NCBI GenBank assembly: GCA_030141605.1
Contig: JAQGDQ010000011.1
Span: 1,174,066-1,238,065, forward strand
Reading direction: 5' to 3'
Source of the DNA: Tubiluchus corallicola
Lineage: Eukaryota; Animalia; Priapulida
Length of the DNA: 64,000 bases
The notes beneath the pieces were generated by a model, which did no database searches, had not been told where the DNA came from, and saw only the letters and a list, made by a program, of their open reading frames with translations. Of the stretch, positions 38,591-51,600 are shown piece after piece. Every line of letters starts with the position of its first letter. Position 1 is the stretch's first letter. Made by a program: the position numbers and the translations under genes.

Positions 38591-40129
38591 GAAAATTAAT
38601 ATTCTTTGTTTTCTTGCCATTAATTATTTGAATCATCGCTATTATTATTATTACTATTTGCACGTTTTAACCACTTGTTAAACTTTAGTGATTGGCAAAA
38701 AGGGTAAAATATTTCGAAGAAACAATATAGATTTCATAGGCCACTTGACGACATAATAAACATAATACTTACAAAGTCTGTTATTCAGTTCTGCAATGAA
38801 GATAATTGTGTTGGAAAGCGGCATAAGTGACGTCAGTACTTTCTTGTGGTTTTTTACGCAAAAAGTGTGGCGTCGTCATTCGACGATAAAAGGGAACTTT
38901 ATAAGCTAACGCCTTCACTTAAACGATAGATCTATAAACCAACCATAGGATCACCACAGTTTAAAGACATTTTTGGAATATGTAAAAAGGCCACGAAAGT
39001 CTTTAAGTTTAAAAACTTTCTCTGAGCAACCTGAGCCCTCTTTCAATAAGTCTGGCATTGAATTCACAGAGCATGAACTCACAGACTGGGAACTAATTAC
39101 AATATTTTACCAGGCGCCAATATTACACACTGTAAACACATACGTATGATTCGAGGATTAAACTCAATGGACACATTCATAAGCAGTAACACATGTGGAA
39201 AACATATCTAGTGGAAGCAAGGTTACAAGACGTATCACATTGTCGGCTCTTAGTGTTCGGTTACTACAGAAAGGATGCCGACAACGAGCCGCTTTTCTCA
39301 GTGATTCGTAACCGGAAGCGGAAATAAAGCTGGCTGTGTGCCGCATGCAGATTCGAACGTTGCGTTCTAGGCAATAGGTTTAGGTTCCGCTTTTCTTGGA
39401 CCATTATTTTGGTTAACAACAAGCTATTCGATTGCTGTCTTAAAATAGAAATTAAGCGTAAAAACAAATTTAATTAAAGACAAAATCAAACCCTCACTAT
39501 AATATAAGTGTTTTTACAAATTAAAATCCCGCTCTCATTACGAATATTCAATTTACTTTATTATAAACTTGTGGTATAAAACTTGTTTCTTTTGATTTTT
39601 TATCAGTTCGTTGGTAACGGTATTAAATTTGAAGAACCGCCATTTCTTCGTTGCGCGAGACAAATGATGTTGTGAGTACATTCGTTAAGTCACCAAAGAC
39701 GATTAAGTAAACAAACATCGATAACAAAAGACGATTTTTGTACCTCGTTTTCGTTCACTGACGCTAAAGACGCGAAACATGGCGATCTACACGGCAATGC
39801 ACGCGTTCGAAATTCATCAGAAAAAGGTAAGTTATTTAATTTATAAGTCTCTTTTGTTTCATAATAACTATGAATTCCTTGTGTGATCATAATAATGCGT
39901 TAAAAAACTTCAATGTCTGTTAGAGTTATATAGGCCTTTAAAGTCTTAAAGTATTATTTGTTGGAATGCCTCATTTAATAAATGTAAATAATCCTTATTT
40001 TGTGAAACTTATTAGCAATTTAAAAATCCTAATGTTTAATGGTTGGGCTTTTAATTAATCAATGTATGTTATAATATGTAATTTTATTTGTCCAATTTTA
40101 TGTATTTGAAATTAACTATTTAATGTAAC

Positions 40130-40305
40130 CCTACTAACCATACACGGACCATCATGAAAATATTGCATTATATGCAACTTTAACTATCCATGTAAGAAAT
40201 AAATTTCTAGCCTATTCTATTCTACTGTTCATAACTTTGATTTACATCCATGTAAAAAAAAATTTCTATTCTATTCTATTCTATTCTATTCTATTCTATT
40301 CTACT
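40130..40305 (+). mobile_element. LINE-type 3' tail with (TTCTA)n
   Basis: AATAAA followed by (TTCTA)n; the tail end is locally duplicated. Confidence 0.45.
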
Positions 40306-40590
40306 GTTCAATGAGTGAGTACTACACTGTACTTGAATTACAATGAATAAATTGTACCCACGCACGTGAGCCAGTCAATTTTTATGCACAATAACCAAGA
40401 AATTGATCAGACTTATAAATCATACTACATGTACATACTTGCAAATGAAAAGTGCTGTAACATTTAGGTGTTTTAGTAGAACAGTGACTGAAATGACAAG
40501 GCTTCCTTTAGGTGCTGCACTTTCGGGTTTCTTTTAAATTCATTTCATATTGATTAAGAATTTGTTGCTTTTTTACCTTCAAATCTCTTG

Positions 40591-41882
40591 TTAAAGGAAA
40601 GAACAACTCACTCAGTATACTGCGTTTACCTTACTGTTTACCTCACGTAAACAAAGAAAAACATAACAAAGAAATTCGCAAAAAACTGCCTACAAAGCAT
40701 AAATTTATAATATACTACCTGTGAATAGAAATTTTCAGGCGAGGTGAACTGGTGGTTGCCGCCATTCACTTGAAAATCATGACATAAACTGGGAGCCTTC
40801 GAGACTTTTCGTAAGCAAAGTTTCGCGCTGCTTAAAGCAAAACCATGTTAAACTGTGGGTCAAAACCACCTATTCTTTAAAATATTGAAAGGAAACATAC
40901 TGTTTTTAAAGAATGACTTACGTTTAAGAATTATTACCACATAAAGGCAATTTCGCGTTCGCGCCGCTAGTTCGCCATTCGCTAGTTAGACGGACACTAG
41001 CGGCTGCATTTCGGAAAGCGTTGCACAAAAACAGGTGCTGTACATCTCAGTTCGGATGTGTTAGTTTGTGACGAACTGCAGACGTTTGACAGCTCATGAG
41101 TGAGTGCAACACTAAATTTGAAATTTGAATTTTTTTCTTAAAACATGCCGAGTTTTAGTACAACAAATTGAATCTCTTACAGTAGCACTGTACCCCAATT
41201 CTCGCTTTCACAAGCATGCGCAACACGCTCATGGAATGCTTTCGATGTTGAAAATTATGTTAGTTTGTGATGTCATCACTAGTTGGGCTCGCGTGCCGTT
41301 AATTATCAGAAACGCTTTTGCAGTATTATTGGTGTTAAAGTGTATACTTTTTACAGCACTCGAAAATGGGGTAGTATATGAAAAATCATCCTGCCTTCCT
41401 TTAAATCTCAAATTTATCAACATTTCCCCAAAACAATGTGTCATTATTTCAAGATACTATGAATGATGTTAATTTTTTGTAATGGCTACAAGTATGTCTT
41501 GACTTCTGCATAACTTATACATGTATAGTGTGTGGAATTTGAAGTTACTGGTGGTTCTATCTTCTTTTAAACTAATTCAAACTTATGTTGCAGCTTATGC
41601 AGCTTACTTAATGTTGAGGCAAAAATATTACAAAATTAGTTATCTACACTTTTGATGAAGATTGACAGTGCGCAACTTTTCTTTAAAACACAAATGACGT
41701 CATTGGTGGAAGAATGGACAATGAAAATGAGAGTGCCCAAGCATGAATTGATCGCGACTTAATTATTATGATTTATAAGTTACATGCAGTACTTATTGCA
41801 GTTTCGTTACTAAATCTTTCTGATATTCTTCGCGAACATAGATATATGCCTAACCTCATATAAGGCGTGGGCTTTCCTTTAA
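40591..41882 (+). mobile_element. Kolobok-type MITE family B hosting a nested family A copy
   Basis: TTAA-AGGAAAG ... GCTTTCCT-TTAA; B sequence is interrupted at an internal TTAA (40832) and resumes at TTAA 41567. Confidence 0.85.
40832..41404 (+). mobile_element. Kolobok-type MITE family A, copy 4 (nested)
   Basis: TTAA-AGCAAAACC ... TCCTGCCTTCCT-TTAA. Confidence 0.85.
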
Positions 41883-42369
41883 CTTGCAGACTATGTTAAT
41901 TTTCAGGCTTGCCACTTTTACGTGCTTTCTTCAACGCCGCAGTCATTTCAAGTGATGGAAACTTGTTCAAGTCGTTTCCTCAAGCGAGATGAGTTTTATT
42001 AGACTAATCCTTTTGTACTTTGATTGGGCTAATCCTAATCCTTAACCTCTTTTAAGTACCTCGTTCTCATTCGTAAAAATAACTAGAACGTCCTTCAAGA
42101 ATTGTTATGAGGAAAGGAAATATTTTCAGTACATTTAAAACGATTTGTATTTTGATGTTTAGGTATATACCTTATTTTCAGTGAGTTACCCTGTATCAGT
42201 AGCTTACCAATACGCCCCACGCACCATCTTCTGGATAAAAGTAAGAAATCTTCTTATCTTGCATTACATCGCTGCTTTTGCATGTTTTTACGACGAGGCA
42301 CCTAGCAAAACGAACATTCGTTGATGCTGTGAGGACAACAAGATAAAAATTTGCAAACAACAAATATGA

Positions 42370-42580
42370 AAAAATAATCAGGGCATTCGTAGCACACTCT
42401 TCGCTAACTAAGAGAAAGTTTAGATTGCTTTATACAATCAATTTGATCAATAATATGGTTTCTTTTTTTTTTGTACAGCCAGTGGTGTGCACTGGGATGG
42501 CGTTGCAGCACCACTTTACCAGGTTACGCGAATATTTTAAATTATTAAGAATTTTCTTTGTCAATTACATGAGTCTTTCA
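42370..42580 (-). mobile_element. family C copy 6
   Basis: gcattcgtagcacactcttcgctaactaag core on the minus strand. Confidence 0.75.
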
Positions 42581-42582
42581 AA

Positions 42583-42870
42583 CGGTGCGCGACAAGTTTG
42601 GTACTAGTAAGTTTGGTGCAGGTAAGTTTGGACCTGGTAATTTTGGTACGAGGAAATTTTGCTACCGGGAAAATTTGCAACTAGAAATTTTTGGTACTGG
42701 GAACATTAGGGTACAGAGAAAATATAGTGCTGGTAAATACAGTACTAGCGAAGTTTTGTCAAGCATTTTTAGTACAAGTAAATATGGTACAAGGTAAAAA
42801 AGTACGGACCAAGTTTGGTACTAGGAAAATTCGACACAGAGAAAGTTTGGTACTACGAAAATATATTTAT
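42583..42870 (+). repeat. family G copy 2
   Basis: cggtgcgcg start and AAGTTTGGTACT units, as at 36333. Confidence 0.8.
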
Positions 42871-42989
42871 GCCTACTTGAAAAAGTTTTAGAGGCTAATG
42901 TTGTTGCATTTGTTTTTATTTAGTTTTTTGTTTGTTTGCTTGTCTGTTGTTCGTTATTTGCCATGGTTGTCTGTTTCTTGCTCGTTCTT

Positions 42990-43180
42990 TTGTTGTGATC
43001 ATTACCACCACCAGCATCATCATTGTTGTCTTTGTCGTTTTGTTGCTGTTGGTGCTGTTATTGTTGTTGTTGTTTGCTGTTGTTGTTACTGTTGTCGTTG
43101 TTGTTGTTGTTGCTGTTGCAGTTACCGATCTTGTTGTTGCCATTATTTTTGCTGTTGCCATTGTTGTTGCTGTTGTTGGT
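42990..43180. repeat. degenerate (GTT)n microsatellite
   Basis: Trinucleotide repeats. Confidence 0.9.
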
Positions 43181-43699
43181 ATTTTTGACATCGTAAATTT
43201 GTCAGCAAAGGTACCATCCTGACACTGGTGACCAGTTAAAGCCAGATAATGTTATTTAGTAAACGCTTTAACAAATTTATTAAAACTGAACTTGCTATAT
43301 TAAAGTAGGTCTGTATTAAATTCAGTACTTCAACGCATTGAACATACACGGGCGTCCAAAAAAGTTGTCCATATTAATTTGTATTGCCTGATAAAGGCAT
43401 TTGTAAAGGGACACAGGTTGTGTTGTAGCCCGGTTTCTCCTCTTTTCAAAGAGCTATAATTTTTTTAAGTGCCGCTAGGACGTTTTTTCTATTTTTCTAC
43501 ATGATGTTTCTCGAATGAGCAAAAAAATGACTTTTGGAGATTCTTCGCCCACCGTTGCAGAAAAAACGTTTTGCTGGCATTTGCTTCGGATTTTGGAGAG
43601 AAATTTATAACTTACAATTTATAACGTATAATTTATAATTTAAAACTTTATATTCATTACCTATTTAGCTCTGTTAAAGACTTAATTAGTGCATAATAG

Positions 43700-43825
43700 G
43701 CTCTGCCTATATAAACTGGTTGTGTGCTTGTAAAATTTACCACTGATATTGACAGCAGTAGTCTGTCGAAACGTTTTTGGCATGATTTTTAACAAGTTAA
43801 GTAAAAAGTTTTAATAAAGTTGTAT
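43700..43825 (+). mobile_element. Penelope-type terminal relic with degenerate hammerhead
   Basis: cca-CTGATATT-gacag(cagtagt)ctgtc-GAAA-cgtt-TT-tgg followed by AATAAA. Confidence 0.55.
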
Positions 43826-43972
43826 TGATTTAACTATAAATTTATGACTTTTCAGAAAAAGGCGTATCGGGATACACGACAACGTGGGTCTCTTTTACAG
43901 TCTGGGACTTAGGCCCTTCGTTTGTTGATAGACTTAGGCTCATGAAACCTTTAATTCAGCCCTCCATATACG

Positions 43973-44300
43973 TATATATCTTGCTTGAAAGACAGTAAAG
44001 TAAAAATAACAGGCTTATACAGCCTAATACTATTATAATTGTTTATACGTATTTTCTAAAATTCACAAATTATCACTATCTGAAATCAGTTCACCGAAGT
44101 GACCGAATATTAAATCATTGTAACACACATATGTATATATGTACGTATATGCACATATTTACAAAGACAATATTAAAATGTATTTATAAAACAATATTAC
44201 AAACGCACATTAAATTTCACATGACATTTGACATCATACTTTTAAAACATTTTGAAAAAAAGAAATTTTACTTTATACTGTCTTTCACGCAGGATATATA
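43973..44300. mobile_element. MITE with ~35-bp TIRs in TA context
   Basis: tatatatcttgcttgaaagacagtaaagtaaaaat / attttactttatactgtctttcacgcaggatatata. Confidence 0.65.
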
Positions 44301-45002
44301 GCTATTTCGTCTTTACCGAAACAGGAATAATTATTTCATAAAGAACGCAATAAAAATACGCAATTTGTTTTATAACAGAGAAGTGAGCGTCTAGCATAAT
44401 TTACATCAAAATAAAATATTGTAATCGAATTTTATTAATTTAAATTACGTAAATTACTGCTATTTGCTCTACCAACTGGAATCTGGCCACTTGCTTGCTG
44501 CAAACTACCGTAAAGTATCATGAGTGTCCCTTCACTGGGTTGTTTTGAATTATTTGTATTTGGCGACGGTCGATCCCAGCGTATATCAGCAGCTTAGAAA
44601 AATAAGTGTTCTACTTATTTGGGAAGTAATGCAATTTATTTTCTCTAACTTGGCTCTTTCTCTTTCTGCTTTTACACAAATAGCCTTTAACTCTTAAACA
44701 GTATCTTTCTAAACTATTTATGCAACTGCCCCAGGTTTTATCACTAGACATTACCTATTGTAAGTAAATCACATGTCGACCTTTCATACATCATATACAA
44801 AGTCCTAGATGTATCAAAACAGTAAACTAATAAAAGCTACATTCTGCAGTCTGTTGTCAAGAACTCTAGTTTGTTTTTATGTTCAGTGCTGTGAGCCAGC
44901 GAGTTTTCTAGTAATTAGAAAATTTAATAATAATCAGTTTCGCTAATTTTAAAAAAGTTTAAATAGACTCAGTAAAGAAAAAAGTCGGATTTTTTTATGC
45001 AG

Positions 45003-45106
45003 ACGGAATACTCCTAACTGTAGCTAACAAATCGCTGGACATCACCTCGTCTTTCTTCACTTTTGTGCCACCTCGGGATCGCAGCATCCTATTTGTTCCG
45101 TACTTG
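45003..45106 (+). other. candidate upstream (5' UTR) exon of alpha-mannosidase
   Basis: ttttttatgcag acceptor and TTG/gtaagt donor; the first coding exon is itself preceded by an acceptor at 45555. Confidence 0.5.
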
Positions 45107-45300
45107 GTAAGTAAAGAATATCATGATGAGAATAAATCTAAGCTTTATTGAGAGGCGAACCTGCAATGTTGTGCTTTTTTTACCAGTTACGTTAGGCAGC
45201 AAATCTGACGTGTAGCCCACTCGAAAAACGCTTTTGTCGAAGTTATTATCAAACTAAAGCATAACATTTCTAGTGAATGACTGAGGCAGTATTGCCACGC

Positions 45301-45314
45301 GTTGCCATGGCAAC
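45301..45314. promoter_or_regulatory. perfect RFX X-box palindrome GTTGCCATGGCAAC
   Basis: Exact 14-bp consensus about 250 bp upstream of the mannosidase ATG. Confidence 0.55.
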
Positions 45315-45567
45315 AGAGCGTCTGTAGCTCAAAAAGGAGGTTTTTACAAATTCACATGGCACCTTCCATGCGCAACTTGATTTCAAACATTAATAAAATT
45401 GCTCTTTTTGTGTGCGTGTCAATGCTGACTAAGATCGATGGTTATTATAATTATTACTGTACGGCCTAATATACGCGCAAAAGAACACCAGGTGACATGT
45501 ACATTTTACTTACGTAATGCATAGGTTTATTTACTAACGCCTATTTATTTTACAGATAAAATTCTTC

Positions 45568-45672
45568 ATGAACGACGAAATTATGCAAGTTCTGAGAATT
45601 CCGCTTGTTTGTGTTCTTATAGCTTTGTGCAGCTCGCGTGTTTTGAGTGACAAAATATTGTGCAATTATGAG
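45568..45672 (+). CDS. MAN2B1: alpha-mannosidase coding exon 1 (signal peptide)
   Basis: [35 protein letters not shown]/gtaaga; second in-frame ATG at 45583. Confidence 0.85.
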
Positions 45673-48600
45673 GTAAGATTGGTAATGGGCTTTTATAGAC
45701 TGGTGAGCTCGAACTGATTGCGGTGCGTTAATAATAACTATAGCTAAACATGCTATTGCACCATGCGTATGATAAATGTTCAATGCATTTTTTCTTAAAA
45801 CTGTCGATTGTTCCCAATATTTATTTTGACTCAATGAATTTATCACTCATAACTGGCAAAAAGCGTACTTTGAGTTTAAGTGATGAAGAGAAAACCAAGA
45901 AAAAGAGCTTTAAGACACATGCAATCTTAAAGTATTTCTCCTTAGATTATACTACATTTTTAAATGTTTCTGATTTCTATTTTTTGATTAGGTTTAACTA
46001 GGTTCATCAGGTTCATTATGAAGTTCTAATAGGTCTGTTATCTTTATTATTATTGGCAGATTGACAATGTCAACAATCGTTTTTGCTTAAACAGCTGATT
46101 TGGCTAAATAGAATGATTAGGCTCGTGTACTTGCTAATGTTTGTTAACTAAGCTAATAGTAGTATGACCGAGTCACGGTCACAGACTAATAACAAGCTGT
46201 CAAGTTGTCTACATAAACGTATAACAGCAATACAACATTTTCCTCAAATTTCAGATCACAAATTTCGGCCTAGGCAAAAAGAAATTGCATTTTCGAACAG
46301 CTAGTGATGAGAAAAGGGTCGGAAGTGACTGCTGTGTGTGTATGTGTGTGTGTGTTTATTTGTTTATTCATTTACTTATTTATCTATTTTTTATTATAAT
46401 GTAAGTTCACAAATGCCAGTCACGACAGCACAAGTATGTTCAATACTAAACATGCTAGTCATTCATCTTGTTTAATTTCAGACCTGCAGTCTTATTAATG
46501 AATAGTAAACACATGCCCAGTGTCAGTTTGTTCAATTTTAGAGCTGCAATCTTGGTGCTGAATGGTGACGAAAACATGCTTATTCTTCACCTTGTTCATT
46601 TTCAGAATTGTAATCTTGGTAATGAATGGTGATGAACACGTACTCAATGTTCATCTTGTTCAATTTCAGAGCAAATCTTAGTAATGAATTGTGCTGAACA
46701 CATACGCAATGTTTATCTTGTTCAACTTCAGAACTGTGATCTTGGTAACGAACGGTGCTGAACACATACTCAGTGTTCATTTTGTTCGATTTCAGAGCTG
46801 AATCTTGGTGCTGAATGCATAATCAGTGTTCATGTTGTTCAATTTCAGAGCTGCAATCTTGGTGATGAACACATGCTCAATGTTCATTTGGTTCCACACA
46901 CTCATGATGACGTAGGCTGGCTGAAAACCGTTGATCAATATTTCTTTGGAGGTAAAAAGAAAAAAAATTGATTTGAAAATTTCCTTTAGGTATCAAAAAT
47001 GTTATAAATGCACTATGGTTGCAGCTTTATCACACAGTACATATATAGCAAATAGTACAAAAAGTACTATATTTTACTGTCCAAAAAATACTACACTGGA
47101 AGGAATTTTCTAGACAAATTCTCATTTCATATCGTGATTGCAAGTAGCAACTGCAAAGGTAACATAAACATTCACTGCAGTACAGAAGTCGCTGATAGGA
47201 AATTCCGAACAAAAACAACCCCAGAAAAACAGTTAAAGACTACACAATGATTAAAAGTTTATTTTAATAAAGAAGAATTGTAGTATAGATCCAATGTAGT
47301 ATAGACTTTACTTTCTATGTCAACTTCTGGTTAAAGTTGCAGCAGATTTACACAGAGATAAAAGGTCCATACTACTCACGGCATATTTTTTACAGCAAAT
47401 AAGTCTATTCAGGCCGGAGCAGTGCAATTTGTGTTGGATTCTGTCATTCAGGAGCTACACAAGGACCCAGCTAAAAAGTTCATCTATGTTGAAACTGCCT
47501 TTTTCTGGAGATACTGGAGGCAATTGCACGACATGCAGCAACATGCAGTGAAGAAACTTGTCAATGAAGGTAAAAAGATATCAATAAACAAACTCTAACT
47601 GTTAAAGGCTAAAAAATACAAAGATTCAATATGCCGTTATTCATAATTTTAATTTCAAGATTATTGTTAATAACAATAATCATTATTATAATTCTAATTA
47701 TTATTATATGACAAAAACATCCACCACATTATTGAATTTTTGAAACCAAACTTGTCCAAAATGAAATGCGAAAAAGTCGGGCCCAAGCCTTTACTTGAAC
47801 CAAGAATTTGCATTACAAGTCTAATGCCATGAACAGTAGACTATTCAACCCCAGTGTTTCAGCACTTACAAATGTTGAATTGGTTGGTGAGCTAATAGAA
47901 TTGAAACAAATCGTGCCATAATCACATGTACCTAGTAATCTAGCAGTCATGGCATTAGACTTGCCATGTAAAGGTCCGTGGCTCAAGTATGTACTCAATC
48001 CGGATTTTTTCACATATCATTTTGAACAAGTTTGGCTTCAAAATACTCAATAATCTAGCGTTTATTCCGTGAATTCGACATGCACCACTGTGAAAAACCC
48101 AAACAAAAGCAGGGAAAAATTTAGACCTCTATAATGCATCTACATATGATGGATGAAGAATTTACATGCTACATTTTTGTCACAAGAAAACCATTTACTT
48201 ACATAAAGGTAGAAAAATTTGTCTTAAAATTTCGAATCACCTACATACTGCTTTACTAATTCAGCAAAAATATAATTACCATATCTTGTGAATAAGATTG
48301 ATACAATGTTTTTAGGTGAGTCGGTGACATTTTACCAGGCGGTGTGAGTATATATTAAATTACAAAGAATTTTCTTTTAACTGCTTAGGACAGTTGGAAT
48401 TCATCAGTGGCGGGTGGTCTATGAACGACGAAGCAGTTACCCACTACAGTGCCATCATTGACAACATGTCGTTTGGACTTCGATTCCTCAAAACCGTATT
48501 TGGTGATTGTGGAATTCCCAGAGTCACGTGGCAGATCGATCCATTTGGACATTCTAGGGAGCAAGCTTCTCTCTTTGCAAGGGTGATTATCGACAAATTA

Positions 48601-51600
48601 TTTACTTATATAAAATAACTATGCACTTTATCTTTTTTATTGAAAAAGCACCGTACTTCTTCACTGTTACATGCATTTCGCCATTCGCTAGTTAGATGGG
48701 CACTACCGCCTGCAACTCATTGCACAAAAACAGGTGCTGTATCTCTCAGAACTTTCAGATGAAGTTCAATTCTGATATAGCACACATGTTTAAGAGCTCA
48801 TGGGCAAGTATAGCAGTAGACGTAACATTTAAGCTTTTAAACTTAATATTTGCAGAGATTTATGTATCATGCTGAATGTTGTACACTGTACTTCAATTTC
48901 TGCTCTTGCAATTGTGTGCAACAACTCCTGGAATGTTTGTGCTGTTGAAAATTATGTTCAGTTGCGATGCACTAGTTGCTCACCCGCCGTTAATTAAGTT
49001 TTTAATATATTGTTCAATGATCAGAATCACTTTGGCATTATAGGTGTTAAAATCTATACTTTTACCGTACTTTAAAATGTGGTAGAATACGAAAGAGCAT
49101 CCTGTTTTCCTTTAATTTTGTACGCTACTGTATGCTCCTTATTTTTCAGATGGGTTTTGATGGTTTGTTCTTTGGAAGAATGGACTATGGTGATTTCAAC
49201 AACAGGAAAGCAACAAAAACTCTGGAGCAAGTTTGGAAAGGAAGTGCCAACTTAGGTAATGGCAGATTTTCACAACTGCTTGCTTCAAACAAGCCGCCTG
49301 GCAACCCAACTCCAAACAAGCAGCTAATATTCTGTTTTAATCATACGAAATTAGTCTGTTTTTGCCACGTTATGCTTGGAATGCCTTTTCAGCACTGTGA
49401 TAACAGAAAGCGGCTGAAATAGCTGATGAAAGAGTTCTTTCTTAACATTGGCATAACTCACTTTAGTGTGCGTTAGAAAAATATGTGAATCTCAAGGCTC
49501 GTAAACACAGTAATTTGTAATACTGATAAGTTAGGAATACAAGTTCAACTGATCTACAACAGCTAGCACTTTTAATGCATTTCTAAAATTTGAAAACCAG
49601 CGGTATAAAATCTGCACTTTTTCATTTTTTGCCATTTTTGTGAGAAATTGGCAAAGTTTGGAATTTTATTTGTGGGTAAAATTACAAAAGTATCACCAGC
49701 TTATTGCCGCTGATAGGCCCACTTCTTGTACAATGCCAGCAATCATCATTGCTGTCGTCATCATCGTTGTTATTACCATCACGTTAATATCATCATTGTT
49801 ATTCTCATCATCATCATTTTCACCATCGTAATCTTCATCATTGTCATAATTCTACTATTTTTCAGGCGAGAGTGCATATCTATTCACAGGAGCTTTGTTT
49901 AATGGTTACAATCCTCCACCGGGATTCTGTTATGATCAATTCTGTGCTGACCCACCCATCATGGTAGGAACATGTTCAGTTATCTGTTAGCAGTTTTAAT
50001 TAATTTTTTAATCATTGCATTATTTGATTGTGCTGCAGGTATCTGTATGCATTCTTAACCTTATCATTGTCTATAAGATGTGTTTCCATTTCATTCTGGC
50101 TTTGACAATCAGCCAGATTCCAGTCCTGCCACAAACATTGACATCATGCAGACCCTGCCATTGAGTTTCTGGATTCTGAAATGCATAAAAATCGCATTGC
50201 AAAAGTCACCCCTTAGTAAAACTGCGGATAATAAAACCAGCTGATAATAAAATCTTTTACGCGCACGGCCCAGAATTACCCCCGTAGAAACTATTATTAG
50301 GAAAATTCGGTTAATAAATCCAGTGCATTTAATACGTTCCGTTTGATAAGACAACATTTTTCAGTAATAGGTGACAAAAGCAATAGCGAAATGGAAAAGC
50401 TAAATGTGTGTTTGATAATTTGACTTTTTAGTCTGTTGAATGAACTTGAGTCATTCTGTAGGCATGTGCGTGAGCTAATTGCCTTGTATTTGATAACTTG
50501 CTTGTTTTTTTAAGATATGCAGTTTAAATTTAAGTCCTGTGTCCTAGATTCACCTTTTCATAGTCAAAGTCATACTGAAAGTTGAAGTCAGTTGTTTTTT
50601 CATGACTGCACTGCACGTCCAGCTGCTACAGAACATTCTAGCCTGTTGAATGAACTTGAATCATTGTTGTACATTTGAGTCGATCTGTAAGCCAGTGAGT
50701 GAACTGACTGCCCTGTGCGTAATTGTCATAATATTAATTATTAAGAAAAAAACATACACTGACAGTGATTGCGGTTGCCGCACTGTGATGTCATTCAATT
50801 TACTTGCTTGAACAATGCTGATCAAATTCAGTGTTGAAAGAGCAAAAAAGTTTCCTCTTTGATATAAATTACTTAAAGCACTAACAGATGCAACCCCACT
50901 GCAAATATTTATACAATTCTTTTATATATGGCAATCCAATTTCTTCTCATAAATCCTTCCCATCAGAGGGATGCCAATAGACAAGTCTTAAGTGCATTGT
51001 ATAGCACATGACGTCAGATAAAAATGCTGAGGTGAAACTTTATCTATTGATTAAAATAATTTAAAGTTTAATATATTTTTATCCTCCCAGCAATGTATTG
51101 TTTTTATAGGATGACAGGAAATTACATGATTACAATGTTGACGAACGAGTAGATGCCTTCATTAAATATGCAACAAAACAGGTAACATGTTTTGCCGGAG
51201 TTGAGAAAGTTCATAGTTCAATACTGAGTTGTGAACATTATTTGTCTTTTGTCAGTCGTTTAAACTTGTAAACTGAGTTACAGACTTGGAGGCTGTTGCA
51301 TTATGGAGGAGATTTAAGTTTCGTACATTTCCTACAAAGCTGTGACTCAAAGTTGTGTGAAACTAAATCTTACACAAAATTTGAATTCCAATCTGATATT
51401 TTTAATTGATGTTAAAGAAGCACTAGCCTATAATAATAATTGTAGAAGATGGCGACACCATCACTGTACACTTCTAGTACTAGTATAAAGTGCATAACAT
51501 GCTGATATCTGAGAACATTAAAAGAAGCATTATAAACTGGTGTTGCAAATTAAAATAACAGTTAGAGCGAGACCTCTATTAGATCATTTAGGACTTTGTG

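Noticed and set aside
42898-43222. Cys-rich metallothionein-like or Thr-rich mucin-like ORFs
   Set aside because: Translations of a (GTT)n microsatellite.
44217-44225. M-box TCACATGAC as a TFEB/MITF site for the mannosidase
   Set aside because: Single short motif inside a probable MITE; chance occurrence is likely.
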